Below, piece by piece: positions 49,619-60,000 of a stretch of 64,000 bases of DNA (the first letter of the stretch is position 1; every line of letters starts with the position of its first letter). This DNA comes from Waterburya sp. (lineage in GTDB: Bacteria; Cyanobacteriota; Cyanobacteriia; Cyanobacteriales; Xenococcaceae): assembly GCA_965217895.1 (NCBI GenBank), contig CBDCJV010000002.1, forward strand, positions 4,352,001 to 4,416,000, written 5' to 3'. The notes beneath the pieces are model-generated. The model made no database searches. It was not told where the DNA came from and saw only the letters and a program-made list of their open reading frames with translations. The position numbers were made by a program, and so were the translations under genes.

Positions 49619-50869
49619 CTATTTTTGTTCTACACATCTTTTATTTAATATATTCAGCCTAGATGTGGGTACAATATATCCGTGATTTGTTGCATGAGGA
49701 AAACTTCTATCTTGTGTGGGAGATTTGTAAATTTCAAATACAATCTCTTCTTTTACTTCATCAAGTGTTTCTGTATTATGACTTCCAACCCAAATACTTA
49801 CCAAATACTGACCTGGAATTAGAGGCGGTAATTGAACACATACATTAATTAAATGCTCTCTCTCTGTATCATTTATAAAGCCTTTAAGTTCGGGAATTGT
49901 TTGCATTAGACCAGTTCCACTAACACTTAGAATACTAACAGCTAAAAAAGCTGGCTTATGATGAAATTTGCTTTCGAAAGTTATATCTAGTTCTAGTATC
50001 AAATTAGGTTGTTTGCCCTGTAGTTTTGAATTTATTTGGGTGATAATCAAACTACCAAATTTTTGACCTAAAGGCCGTGTCCAAACTTCACTCGAATTTT
50101 GATAATTTTGCACTTCGTATTTTGAGATACATCGGTTTGCACTATCCTTACAAAGGATATGACCTGTGTCTAATAAAATTCCTTTTGAACATAAAGCACT
50201 AATAGCAGCCATATTATGGCTAACAAACAAAACCGTTCTTCCTTCTTTACCTACCTCTTTCATTTTACCTAAGCATTTCTTTTGAAATTGTGAATCCCCA
50301 ACAGCTAAAACTTCATCGACAATCAATATCTCTGGTTCTAAGTGTGCTGCAACTGCAAAAGCTAATCTTACATACATTCCCGAAGAATATCTTTTTACAG
50401 GAGTATCTAAAAACTTTTCTACCTCAGCAAAGGCAACAATTTCATCAAACTTTTTCTTAATTTCGACTTTACCCATGCCTAAAATAGCCCCGTTGAGAAA
50501 AATATTTTCCCTTCCAGTTAGTTCTGGATGAAAACCAGTCCCAACCTCTAATAAACTGGCAACTCTGCCTCTAATTTTTATTTGCCCCTGAGTTGGTTCA
50601 GTAATGCGACTGAGAATTTTTAATAGGGTAGATTTACCTGCACCATTACGTCCAATAATACCAACTCTGTCCCCTTGCTTAATTTCAAAAGAAACATCTT
50701 TTAATGCCCAAAACTCTTCTCTAGCATTTTTATTTTTACTATTAGGATTAAGAATTGATTTAACGCTATTGCTAATAACATCCCTTAAAGCAGTATACTT
50801 TTCTTGCTTTTGATGCCCAATAATATATCTCTTACCTAAGTTTTCGACCTTGACTACTGTGTCTGACAT
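49619..50869 (-). CDS. wzt: polysaccharide ABC exporter ATP-binding subunit with C-terminal carbohydrate-binding-like domain
   Basis: GRNGAGKST, GFHPELTGREN, YSSGM, IVDEVLAVGD, VSH, plus a ~160-aa C-terminal extension. Confidence 0.92.
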   Translation of the reverse strand: MSDTVVKVENLGKRYIIGHQKQEKYTALRDVISNSVKSILNPNSKNKNAREEFWALKDVSFEIKQGDRVGIIGRNGAGKSTLLKILSRITEPTQGQIKIRGRVASLLEVGTGFHPELTGRENIFLNGAILGMGKVEIKKKFDEIVAFAEVEKFLDTPVKRYSSGMYVRLAFAVAAHLEPEILIVDEVLAVGDSQFQKKCLGKMKEVGKEGRTVLFVSHNMAAISALCSKGILLDTGHILCKDSANRCISKYEVQNYQNSSEVWTRPLGQKFGSLIITQINSKLQGKQPNLILELDITFESKFHHKPAFLAVSILSVSGTGLMQTIPELKGFINDTEREHLINVCVQLPPLIPGQYLVSIWVGSHNTETLDEVKEEIVFEIYKSPTQDRSFPHATNHGYIVPTSRLNILNKRCVEQK

Positions 50870-51091
50870 GATTCATTTATAGTTATTCATAAGTTTATTT
50901 TTTTAGGTTAAGCCATCTGTTTTAACAGTTAATCTATTAATTGTCACTCTCCATAAAATTACATTTAAAAATTTGAATATTAAATTTTACTTTTATATAT
51001 AGTCAAAATGATAACTGATAAATAGTATTAAAAGTTATTCTAAAGTTAATAATTTTGCAATTCTGTTTATATTTTTTTGAATTTTATTTAA

Positions 51092-51667
51092 TTACCAAAT
51101 TAGTTCCAAATTTAAAACAAACCCTGAGACTACATTCTCACCCAATAAATTAATTGGATTATGCAAAACTTCTTTTTCTGTTCCCGCACGATAAATCTCA
51201 ACTGTTCGATCTTTACGGTTAATCAACCACCCCAAACGAGTTCCATTTTCTATATATTCCACCATTTTTTCTTGTAAAGGTTTTAAGCGATCGCTCTGGG
51301 AACGTAATTCAACTATAAAATCAGGACACAAAGAAATAAATCTTTCTTGTTCTTGGAGTGGTATTTGTTCCCATTTATAATTAGGAATCCAACTAACATC
51401 GGGAGAACGAATAGAATCATTGGGTAAGATAAAGCCTGTAGAAGAATCAAAAATTACGCCTGATTTTTGCTGACGATTCCAAATGCCTAGTTCGATTAAA
51501 ATTTCCGAATTTCTTTTGCCAGTACCTCCTCCTATGGGTGACATAATAATTAACTCTCGATCGACAGTACGCTCAAATTTAATTTCGGGATTTTGTAAAC
51601 AAAGCTGATAAAATTGTTCATCTGTTATAGTCAGTATTGAATGAAAATCTACGGTAAGAGAATTCAT
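51092..51667 (-). CDS. Uma2 family (PD-(D/E)xK) endonuclease
   Basis: FDSSTGF.LP...RSPDVSW, CPDFIVELRS.SD, KM.EY..NG.RLGWLI. Confidence 0.92.
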   Translation of the reverse strand: MNSLTVDFHSILTITDEQFYQLCLQNPEIKFERTVDRELIIMSPIGGGTGKRNSEILIELGIWNRQQKSGVIFDSSTGFILPNDSIRSPDVSWIPNYKWEQIPLQEQERFISLCPDFIVELRSQSDRLKPLQEKMVEYIENGTRLGWLINRKDRTVEIYRAGTEKEVLHNPINLLGENVVSGFVLNLELIW

Positions 51668-51756
51668 GTTAATTGTCTAAACTATTCAAGTATTTTTTTC
51701 GAGTTTGGATAAGAGTTAGTATTGCTTATCTCAGTAATTATATTTGACATGATTAT

Positions 51757-52581
51757 TTAGTTTAAATCTTTCCCTATTTCTAGCTGTTGTTCTAACCACT
51801 GATAAAACACGTTAACCGCCAATTTAATTTTATTAAAAACTGTTTCTATATTTTCAGCTAAAATAATTACTCGATCTGGTTTTAATTCAATCTTGTAAAT
51901 ATGACGTTCTAAATGCCGAAATTTACGATATTCGTTTAGTTCTAAAAGTAATGCACCACTCCACAAAGGAGGGCGATTATTGCCTCCAGGTTCAGCTACT
52001 TGTTTTAATAGTTCAAGATGCCAATCTTTCCCTCTAGGTAAACCGCCATCTAAATAAACAGCAACTCGTTCGCTAATTTTTTCGCATCCTGAATAAAAAT
52101 CAGCAATATAGCTAGCCAAAGCAGGCGCAATAATAATATCTGAAACTCCTTCCATTTGTTCAAAAACTTTATTGATTGTTGAGATAGTATTTTCTATTGA
52201 TTTCATCTCGTCTTCAATACGAGCTTTTAAAGCGAGATATTTATTTTGAGGCATAGGTATTTTTTTGAGGATTCGGTCAGCTAGATAGGTAGGTGCAAAT
52301 TCCAAAGGAATTAAATCTACTTTTAACCAGTAAGGAATAATATCTTCCAATGCCGAATAAGCATCCCAAACCGCATCTTTACTCATTCCTCTAACTGCAA
52401 TATCTATGTCAGAGTGCCAATGCCAAGGACTTTCTCCTGCTAAAGAACCACATAAGAGAACTTCGGTTGCGCCAAAGTCGTTTTGCAAAACCTGCATACA
52501 CTTTTCTGCCGCAACTAAGGCTTGTTGTCGCCTTTGTTCAAGCTCTAATTGAGATTTAGATGATAGGGGAATTATTTTCAT
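51757..52581 (-). CDS. fused minimal nucleotidyltransferase (MNT) + HEPN (HepT-like) ribonuclease
   Basis: N-half GSLA......SDIDIAV and KVDL (MNT). C-half FYSGCEKI, WH.ELL, RKFRHLERHIY (R-X4-H-X-Y). One 274-aa uninterrupted frame. Confidence 0.82.
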   Translation of the reverse strand: MKIIPLSSKSQLELEQRRQQALVAAEKCMQVLQNDFGATEVLLCGSLAGESPWHWHSDIDIAVRGMSKDAVWDAYSALEDIIPYWLKVDLIPLEFAPTYLADRILKKIPMPQNKYLALKARIEDEMKSIENTISTINKVFEQMEGVSDIIIAPALASYIADFYSGCEKISERVAVYLDGGLPRGKDWHLELLKQVAEPGGNNRPPLWSGALLLELNEYRKFRHLERHIYKIELKPDRVIILAENIETVFNKIKLAVNVFYQWLEQQLEIGKDLN

Positions 52582-52625
52582 TTTGCTATTGATTTGCTGA
52601 AGATTACTTCTCTTAAGTCTATCGG

Positions 52626-53459
52626 TTAAATAACGTCGGCAAAGGTGCGTTCCATTTTACGAAAATACCAGATACCGCTAAAGAAAAATACCGCTACAAA
52701 TCCCAGGGAAAGTAAGAATCCTGGAAGATACAGGTTCGATTCACCACCAAGAATTGCCCAGCGAAAACCATCAATCACCCCTACTATGGGATTAAGAGAA
52801 TACAATAACCTCCACTGTTCGGGAACAACATTGCTGCTAAAGCCTACAGGGGAAATGTACAGACCAAATTGAACGATAAAAGGAACAATATAGCGAAAGT
52901 CGCGGTATTGCACATTTAAAGATGCTAACCATAAACCAGCACCCATAGATGCAGCAAAAGCGATCGCAATAAATAAAGGTAAACTAAGAATGCGCCAGCT
53001 AGGAACAAAATCATACCAAGCCATTAAACCCAGTAAAATTATCCCTGAAATTAGAAAGTCCACAAAGCTAACTACTACTGCACTTGTCGGCACAATGAGT
53101 CTGGGGAAATAGACTTTAGAAATGAGATTAGCGTTACCAATTAAACTGTTACTACATTCAGCTAGGGAATTAGCAAAAAACTGCCAAGGAAGCATAGCTG
53201 CAAACACTAAAATTGGATAAGGTGCGTCTCCTTCGGTTGGTAATTTTGCTATTTTTCCAAAAACCACGGTAAAGACAACCATTGTTAAAAATGGTCGAAT
53301 TAATGCCCAAGCCATACCAATCATCGTTTGTTTGTAACGGACTAAAATATCCCGCCAAGCCAAAAAATAAAACAATTCACGATATCGCCATAAATCTTGC
53401 CAATACTGACGTTCTGTACGACCAGCTTCAATAATTAATTCGGGAGGACTTGTAACCAT
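52626..53459 (-). CDS. wzm: polysaccharide ABC exporter permease
   Basis: RDILVRYKQT..G..W, LISKVYFPR, YRDFRY, LNP, C-terminal FADVI. Confidence 0.93.
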   Translation of the reverse strand: MVTSPPELIIEAGRTERQYWQDLWRYRELFYFLAWRDILVRYKQTMIGMAWALIRPFLTMVVFTVVFGKIAKLPTEGDAPYPILVFAAMLPWQFFANSLAECSNSLIGNANLISKVYFPRLIVPTSAVVVSFVDFLISGIILLGLMAWYDFVPSWRILSLPLFIAIAFAASMGAGLWLASLNVQYRDFRYIVPFIVQFGLYISPVGFSSNVVPEQWRLLYSLNPIVGVIDGFRWAILGGESNLYLPGFLLSLGFVAVFFFSGIWYFRKMERTFADVI

Positions 53460-53482
53460 GATCAATATAATTTCCCTAACTT

Positions 53483-55969
53483 TTAACGGCGACGAAACTG
53501 TTCTAAAAGCCCTTTCTTTTTAACCTCAGATTCATCATTTTGCTCATCAGAGCTGGAGTTACGGTGAGGCTGATTATAGTAGGAATCGTAATAAGAGTAA
53601 GCGTAGTAATCAAATTCAGGATCGACCATATTAGCGACTACCCCCGCAATATTACACTGACTATTGCTTAAAACCTCTAGAGCATTACCAATTGACTTAC
53701 GGCTAGCTTTTTGGATACCAGCGATGAACAATATAGAGTCAACCTCGTTAGCCAAACTTTTCGCATCAGCAATCACCCCAATTGGAGGAGTGTCAATAAT
53801 TACGTAGTCGTAGGCTGCTTCCCATTCGCGAATTAGCTGCTTCATTTTGCCAGAATTTAATAAGGCAATAGGATTAGGAGAAGTTGCTCCAGCAGTAATA
53901 ATATCTAAATTTTCCCTTGAGCCTGAGCGAATATGATCGGACCAAGATTGATCTGTGGTAATAATTTCACTTAGTCCAGATTCGTTGGGAATTTTGGCAA
54001 GTTTATGAAGTTTAGGTTTGCGTAAATCTGCATCGACTAATAACACCCGCAGATCGAATTCTGATAGGACGATGCCCAAATTATGGGAAATTGTCGATTT
54101 ACCTTCAGCGGAGGTAGAAGAAGTAATAGCCAAAGATTTTATTTGACCCTCATCCGCCATCAGGTAACGTAAATTCATCGCTAAAGAGCGCAACCCTTCA
54201 GTAAAGGATGAATAATAGGAGTAAGACTTTTTAGTCGTGTGAATATTAGCATCAATTCTCGGTTCAGAAACTTTAGGAATAACACCTAGTAAAGGCAGCT
54301 TAGTAATCTGCTTGATTTCTTCAACCTTTTTAACGCTTTGATCTAACTGTTGCAAAATAAATGCAGTGGCAACTCCTAAAAAACCTCCAGCTATCAAAGC
54401 CTGAATTAAGCATTGATTGATAATAGGCGAAACTGGTTTACTGGGTAGAAAAGGCGCGTTCAGAATACGCCAGGGAGCAATTTCTTCGGCTTCGGAGATT
54501 TTTAGCTCTTGTCGTCTTTCGAGAAGATAGTTATATGCTTCAGATTTTAGCTCTAGCTTACGCTTCAATTCCATAAAGGTTTGCTGTAACCCAGGGATAT
54601 TAAGAAATTGATTGTCAGCCTTAGCTTTAGACTGACGCAGACTTGCTAATTTACTTTGCAGACTAGCAGCTTCAGTCTGTAACTCTAGCTGCCGACTAGC
54701 TAATGTTCCTAGAGTTGAACCTTGAGAAGATATTTTTGAGCCTGATTCTATTTCGAGATCTCCAAAAGTTGAATTAGTTGAATTACTGTTGCTACTGCCA
54801 GGAGCGTTGGAAGAGCTGCTGTCGCTATTACCAGAAGCGTTGCTTGTGTCCGTAGCTGATGATGATTGAGATTGACTATTAGCAGGAGCGTTAGTAGTAC
54901 TGCTGGTAGATGGTTGAACATCTGTATAGCTGGGAGCGAGAACTATCCGCTCTAATACTTGAGGAGAAATTGATTTACCTAAAACTTGATTAGCTCTTTC
55001 TTGCAGAAGTTTTTTGAGTTCTTTTCGTTTCTCTTTCAGGTCAACCATGACGTGATAGTTGTCATTGAAATCAACTTTACCTAAGTTGTATTGAGTTTCA
55101 ACATTTCTTAACTGAGAGGCTAAATCTTGATAAACTCCATCTTGACCCAAAACCGAAGATGCTACCATGGTATCTGAATCTTGACCCAACTCTTTCATCT
55201 GACGATTTAACTCTTGAGTTTGTTTTTGATTAAGAGCGATCGCAATTTGGGTTTTTTCGATTTCTTCAGCAGCCTTTTTTTGAATAGTTTCAGCTGCAAC
55301 GGCAGATGTCTCTGGATCTACCAATTCATGAACCTGTCTAAAGGTACGAATTTCTCTAGCAGCATCATCTAAATCTGCTTGAGCATCAGGTAGCTGGCTA
55401 TCGATAAACTCGATCGCATTTCTTGCCTGTAATCGCTGCTTTTTCAAACTGTAGTCTACATAAGTAGTACCTAAAGCCTCTAAAACTGCCTTGGCTTTTT
55501 CTGGATCGGTATCAGTATAATTAGCAACCAGTACGTCAGTCGGTATTTTATTAACTACCGCCTGATCGATTGACAGGTTATTTACTATTTCGGCTACAGA
55601 AAGATCTGGGTAACGGTCTTTAAGAGTTTTTACCGCTTTTTCCACCATCGAGTTACTACGGAGAATAAAAATCTCTGTGGATAAATCTTTGATTGAGTTA
55701 TATGGACTAGCTGGAGCTACATTAGTAGGAGCAATAGAAGTGGCTTTTTGATTTTGGGGACTCTCTAGTAATATCAAGCTCTCTGAAAGATATTTAGGAG
55801 TTTGCAGTGCCGTAAACAGAAATATGCCTGTAAAAGCCGTTATTCCCACAGCTAAAGCAGGTTTCCAGCGACGATAGACAACTTGTTTAAAATCGGCGAC
55901 AGAGAAGCCTGGTTCTTGAATGTTTAGCGCACCTAAATCAATTTCCGATCTGATTATTTCGTTACTCAT
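53483..55969 (-). CDS. wzc: Wzc/GumC polysaccharide co-polymerase tyrosine autokinase
   Basis: Two TMs flanking a coiled-coil. EGKST, VDADLRKP, IIDTPP, C-terminal Tyr cluster DYYAYSYYDSYY. Confidence 0.9.
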   Translation of the reverse strand: MSNEIIRSEIDLGALNIQEPGFSVADFKQVVYRRWKPALAVGITAFTGIFLFTALQTPKYLSESLILLESPQNQKATSIAPTNVAPASPYNSIKDLSTEIFILRSNSMVEKAVKTLKDRYPDLSVAEIVNNLSIDQAVVNKIPTDVLVANYTDTDPEKAKAVLEALGTTYVDYSLKKQRLQARNAIEFIDSQLPDAQADLDDAAREIRTFRQVHELVDPETSAVAAETIQKKAAEEIEKTQIAIALNQKQTQELNRQMKELGQDSDTMVASSVLGQDGVYQDLASQLRNVETQYNLGKVDFNDNYHVMVDLKEKRKELKKLLQERANQVLGKSISPQVLERIVLAPSYTDVQPSTSSTTNAPANSQSQSSSATDTSNASGNSDSSSSNAPGSSNSNSTNSTFGDLEIESGSKISSQGSTLGTLASRQLELQTEAASLQSKLASLRQSKAKADNQFLNIPGLQQTFMELKRKLELKSEAYNYLLERRQELKISEAEEIAPWRILNAPFLPSKPVSPIINQCLIQALIAGGFLGVATAFILQQLDQSVKKVEEIKQITKLPLLGVIPKVSEPRIDANIHTTKKSYSYYSSFTEGLRSLAMNLRYLMADEGQIKSLAITSSTSAEGKSTISHNLGIVLSEFDLRVLLVDADLRKPKLHKLAKIPNESGLSEIITTDQSWSDHIRSGSRENLDIITAGATSPNPIALLNSGKMKQLIREWEAAYDYVIIDTPPIGVIADAKSLANEVDSILFIAGIQKASRKSIGNALEVLSNSQCNIAGVVANMVDPEFDYYAYSYYDSYYNQPHRNSSSDEQNDESEVKKKGLLEQFRRR

Positions 55970-56165
55970 ATTTAATTTGATCTGTAAATATCACAATGCC
56001 AAGTGAACTTTACAAAACCTTAGTTAAAGTTAAATAAAATTACTGATAGAAAAAACTCGATCATTCTGACCACCTATCTTAATTTTTTTTCTATCTAGGG
56101 GCTTCAGTACTTTTACTGTTTTGTCTTTAACTTTGAGATGAGTAAAACGATTTATTTGTTAATAG

Positions 56166-56879
56166 CTAATCTTCAGGATTAATTGTTTTAATTCTTGCCC
56201 AGCCAGTGCTTTTCCAAATCATGAAAAATAAAATAGCTGCTATTAAAGCACCGAGATTCCACTTAAGACACTGTTTGATTAACATAGAACGTTTTTGCGC
56301 TCTAAATGACTTGGTTTGACTAGTTATGTTGTCTTGGTTATTTTGTAAACTAGTGATAATATCTGCTTTTAACTTCTGAGTATTTACTGAGTCAGGAATA
56401 CTAACTTCTTCTTTTGACTGTTTTTGGAGAACTGCTCCAATTTCATCTTTAGAATTAGCTGCTTTAAGCTGTTCTTTAAATTTTTGAATTGCATCTTTTT
56501 GATTGACGTATTGGGCATTCACCGTCGCATTTTGCTGATTATAAATCCGAAAGCTATTGCTGATATTTAAAGGAATCATTAACATCAATAATATTGCTGT
56601 TGTTAAAGACAGCCAAGATAAAGCCTTGAGAATAAAAGTTTCAATGGGAGCGCGATCGCTTCTCTCATCATAATAAATCAGCACTATCCCCAACAAAGTA
56701 ACGGGAATCCTTTCCACAATTGCGCCCACGGTTTGGAACTCCCATAGTGGATTCATTAGCTGGGGAGGAATTACCAAAAATAAAACATCTACGATGGCCA
56801 TGACCAATAAGCCATAGCCAACTAAACGCAAAATACCAGAAGAAAATACCTGTCTTTCTTGATCCTGTAAGATAGCCAT
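56166..56879 (-). CDS. HpsJ-like protein (cyanobacterial polysaccharide/exosortase-associated)
   Basis: LR.VGYGLL....D....IPP..MNP.WEFQT.G.IVER.PV.LLG pattern, 4 TMs with a coiled-coil loop. Confidence 0.78.
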   Translation of the reverse strand: MAILQDQERQVFSSGILRLVGYGLLVMAIVDVLFLVIPPQLMNPLWEFQTVGAIVERIPVTLLGIVLIYYDERSDRAPIETFILKALSWLSLTTAILLMLMIPLNISNSFRIYNQQNATVNAQYVNQKDAIQKFKEQLKAANSKDEIGAVLQKQSKEEVSIPDSVNTQKLKADIITSLQNNQDNITSQTKSFRAQKRSMLIKQCLKWNLGALIAAILFFMIWKSTGWARIKTINPED

Positions 56880-57081
56880 CAATTTGCTTGAAGATCTTTG
56901 TTAAATTTAAACTTGTCTAGTATAGACTTACAAATTGCAGATTGCCTAAGTTGCAGTAGACTCAAACAACAGTTATTCAAAGTAAGTAAGAAAAAAGGTT
57001 AAGCTTGGCAGATTAAAAATAAATTGGTAATGCTTAAGGCTAAATGAGCGATCGCCCTTAATTATAAATCCGTCAATAAAG

Positions 57082-60000
57082 ATGAACAGCTATCAGTATC
57101 AAATTGGAGGCAGTTTAAGTGTAGATGCTCCTTGTTATATAGCTAGAACAGCAGATAGTGAACTTTTGAAAGCTCTACTAAAAGGCGAGTTTTGCTATGT
57201 ATTTAACTGTCGTCAGATGGGCAAATCTAGTCTCAGGGTACAGGCTAAAAAACGTTTGGAAAAAGCCCAAATGCACTGTGTATCGCTGGATATGAGCAAT
57301 ATTGGTAGTAAGAATATTTCTCCTGCACAGTGGTATAAAAGTATTGCAGCCGAGCTATGGCGGGGATTCAATCTATTCGGTAAAGTGAATTTTAAAACTT
57401 GGTGGCAGGAGAACTCGGAATTATCTTCTGTTCAACAGCTACATTACTTTATCAGCGATGTAATCTTACCAACTCTAGAAGCTGAAAACATTTTTATCTT
57501 TATTGATGAAATTGATAGTGTTCTTAGCTTAGATTTTTCGACGGACGATTTTTTTGCTTTAATTCGCTATTTTTATAATGCTCGTGCTGAAAATCCCGAA
57601 TTTAAACGCTTAACTTTTGCCCTCTTTGGTGTAGCTACACCCAGCGAACTAATTAGCGATCACCAGCGCACTCCCTTTAATATTGGTACAGCGATCGCTC
57701 TAGGGGGATTAGAATTTCCCGAAGTCATGTCCCTGGCACAAGGACTATTCCCCCTGATTGATCGATCAGAAGCTCTAGTCAAAGAAATTATTACCTGGAC
57801 TGGAGGGCAACCTTTTCTGACTCAAAAAATCTGTAATTTGGTTTGCGATCAGATTACAAATGCTCTAGAAACCGTCAAGATTTTTCCTGGCGGGGAAGCA
57901 ATTTGGTTAGAAAGATTAGTTCAGCAGCAAATTATTGATAGCTGGGAGTCACAGGACGAACCAGAACATTTGAGAACTATTCGCGATCGCCTGTTGCGAG
58001 ACGAAACTAGATCGGGAAAATTATTGGGGATGTATCGCCGTATTTGGCAAGAAAGCTCAATTCCCATTGACAATAGCAAAGAGCAAATGGACTTGTTGCT
58101 GTCGGGATTGGTAGTTAAGCACAGAGCTACTTTAGTAATTCGTAATCGGATTTATCGCGCTGTATTTAATTTAAGCTGGATCGATAAACAGCTCGACAAC
58201 TTACGCCCTTACAGTAATCAAATTAATAACTGGATCGAGTCTAATTATCTAGATAAATCGAGGCTGCTGCGAGGAAAAGCTTTTAACGATGCTCAAGCTT
58301 GGGCGAAAGACAAAATCTTGAGCGACCTTGATTATCGTTTTTTAACTGCTAGCCAAGAATTAGAACAACAGAAAGATAGGCAAAACCTGGAGGCAGCACG
58401 TCTTCAAGAAGTAGAAATTAGACTAAAGGCACAAAAACGCAACTATAAACGCCAAAAGTTTTTGATTGCAGCACTTAGTATAGCTTTATGCTTGGCTACA
58501 GGATTAGGTTTATTTGCTTGCCGACAGTATTATAGAGCGATCGCCAGCGAACAGCAAATAGCCAGAAGTCAGCGTCAAACTATGGTTAGTGTAGTTGAAG
58601 CGATCGCCACATCTTCACAGGCTTTATTTGCCTCAGATCAACGCTTAGAGTCACTAGTGCAGGCATTAAAAGCCAAAGTAGAACTGAATAAACTCCTTGT
58701 GGTAGAACCTGAATTAAGGGTAAAAGTGGAGCATAATCTCCGTCGGGCTGTTTACGGTATTCAAGAAGTTAACCGTTTTTCTGGGCATACTGGTCCTGTT
58801 TGGTCAATCAATTTTAGTCCCGATCAAGAACTAATTTTATCTACTAGCGAAGATCGCACGGCAAAACTATGGAAACTAGATGGTACTCTGCTAAGAACTT
58901 TCAAAGGTCATCAAGCAGGGGTTTGGGCAGCAGATTTTAATCAGGATCAAACCAGAATAGTGACTGCCAGCTTAGATAAAACAGTAAAACTTTGGGATAT
59001 TCAAGGCAAGCTACTCAAGACTTTGACAGGGCATCAAGGTCGAGTGTGGAAAGTGAAATATGCCCCGAAAGATAAATTAATTGCTTCAGCTAGTTGGGAT
59101 AAAACCGTTAAATTATGGACTCCCGCAGGTGATCTAATCACTACTCTTACAGGACATGGCGATCGCGTCCAGGGCATTGATTTTAGTGCCGATGGCAAAA
59201 TATTGGCAACGGCTAGCTGGGACAAAACTATCAAGCTGTGGGACATAGAACAATCTATCAAGTTGAAAAAACCCGTGCTGTTGGCAACCCTCTCAGGTCA
59301 TAGCGATGGTGTTAGTGACGTTAGCTTTGCCCCTGATAATCAAACTATTGTTAGTGCTTCGAGGGATGGCACGCTAATTATTTGGAATATAAGCCAGCCA
59401 ACAAAGCCAGTACTGCAAAATACTCTTATTGGTCACGAAGATCGAGTAAATTCAGTAAAATATAATCAAAAAACTTCAGAGATTGTTTCTACTTCTGATG
59501 ATAAAACAGTTAAGATTTGGAGTCCCAAGGGAGATTTAATTACCACTCTCAATGGACATAGCGATCGCGTTGTTGGCTTAGGAGTACGGGCAGATGGTGA
59601 GATGATCGCCTCTGGAGGTTTCGATCAAACAATTCGCCTTTGGCAGCCACAAAACAATTTACAAAAAACTCTAGAGGGACATTCTGACGGTGTGTGGAAT
59701 GTAGATGTTAGTCCCGATAGTCGCTTAATTGCCTCTGCCAGTCGTGACTCGACAATCAAACTGTGGACTATTGAGGGGGAATTTCTCAGAACCTTTAGTG
59801 GACACCGCGATCGCGTTAATGATGTCGCTTTTCATCCCCATGGCAAGTTTTTAGCTTCAGGTTCAGACGACCGTGATATTATCATCTGGAATCTTCAAGG
59901 CAAAATAATTAATAAGTTCCTAGGTCATGATTCATCGGTTTTTACCGTGGCGTTTAGTCCCGACGGCAAATATCTAGCCTCAGCTAGCGATAATGGTGAA

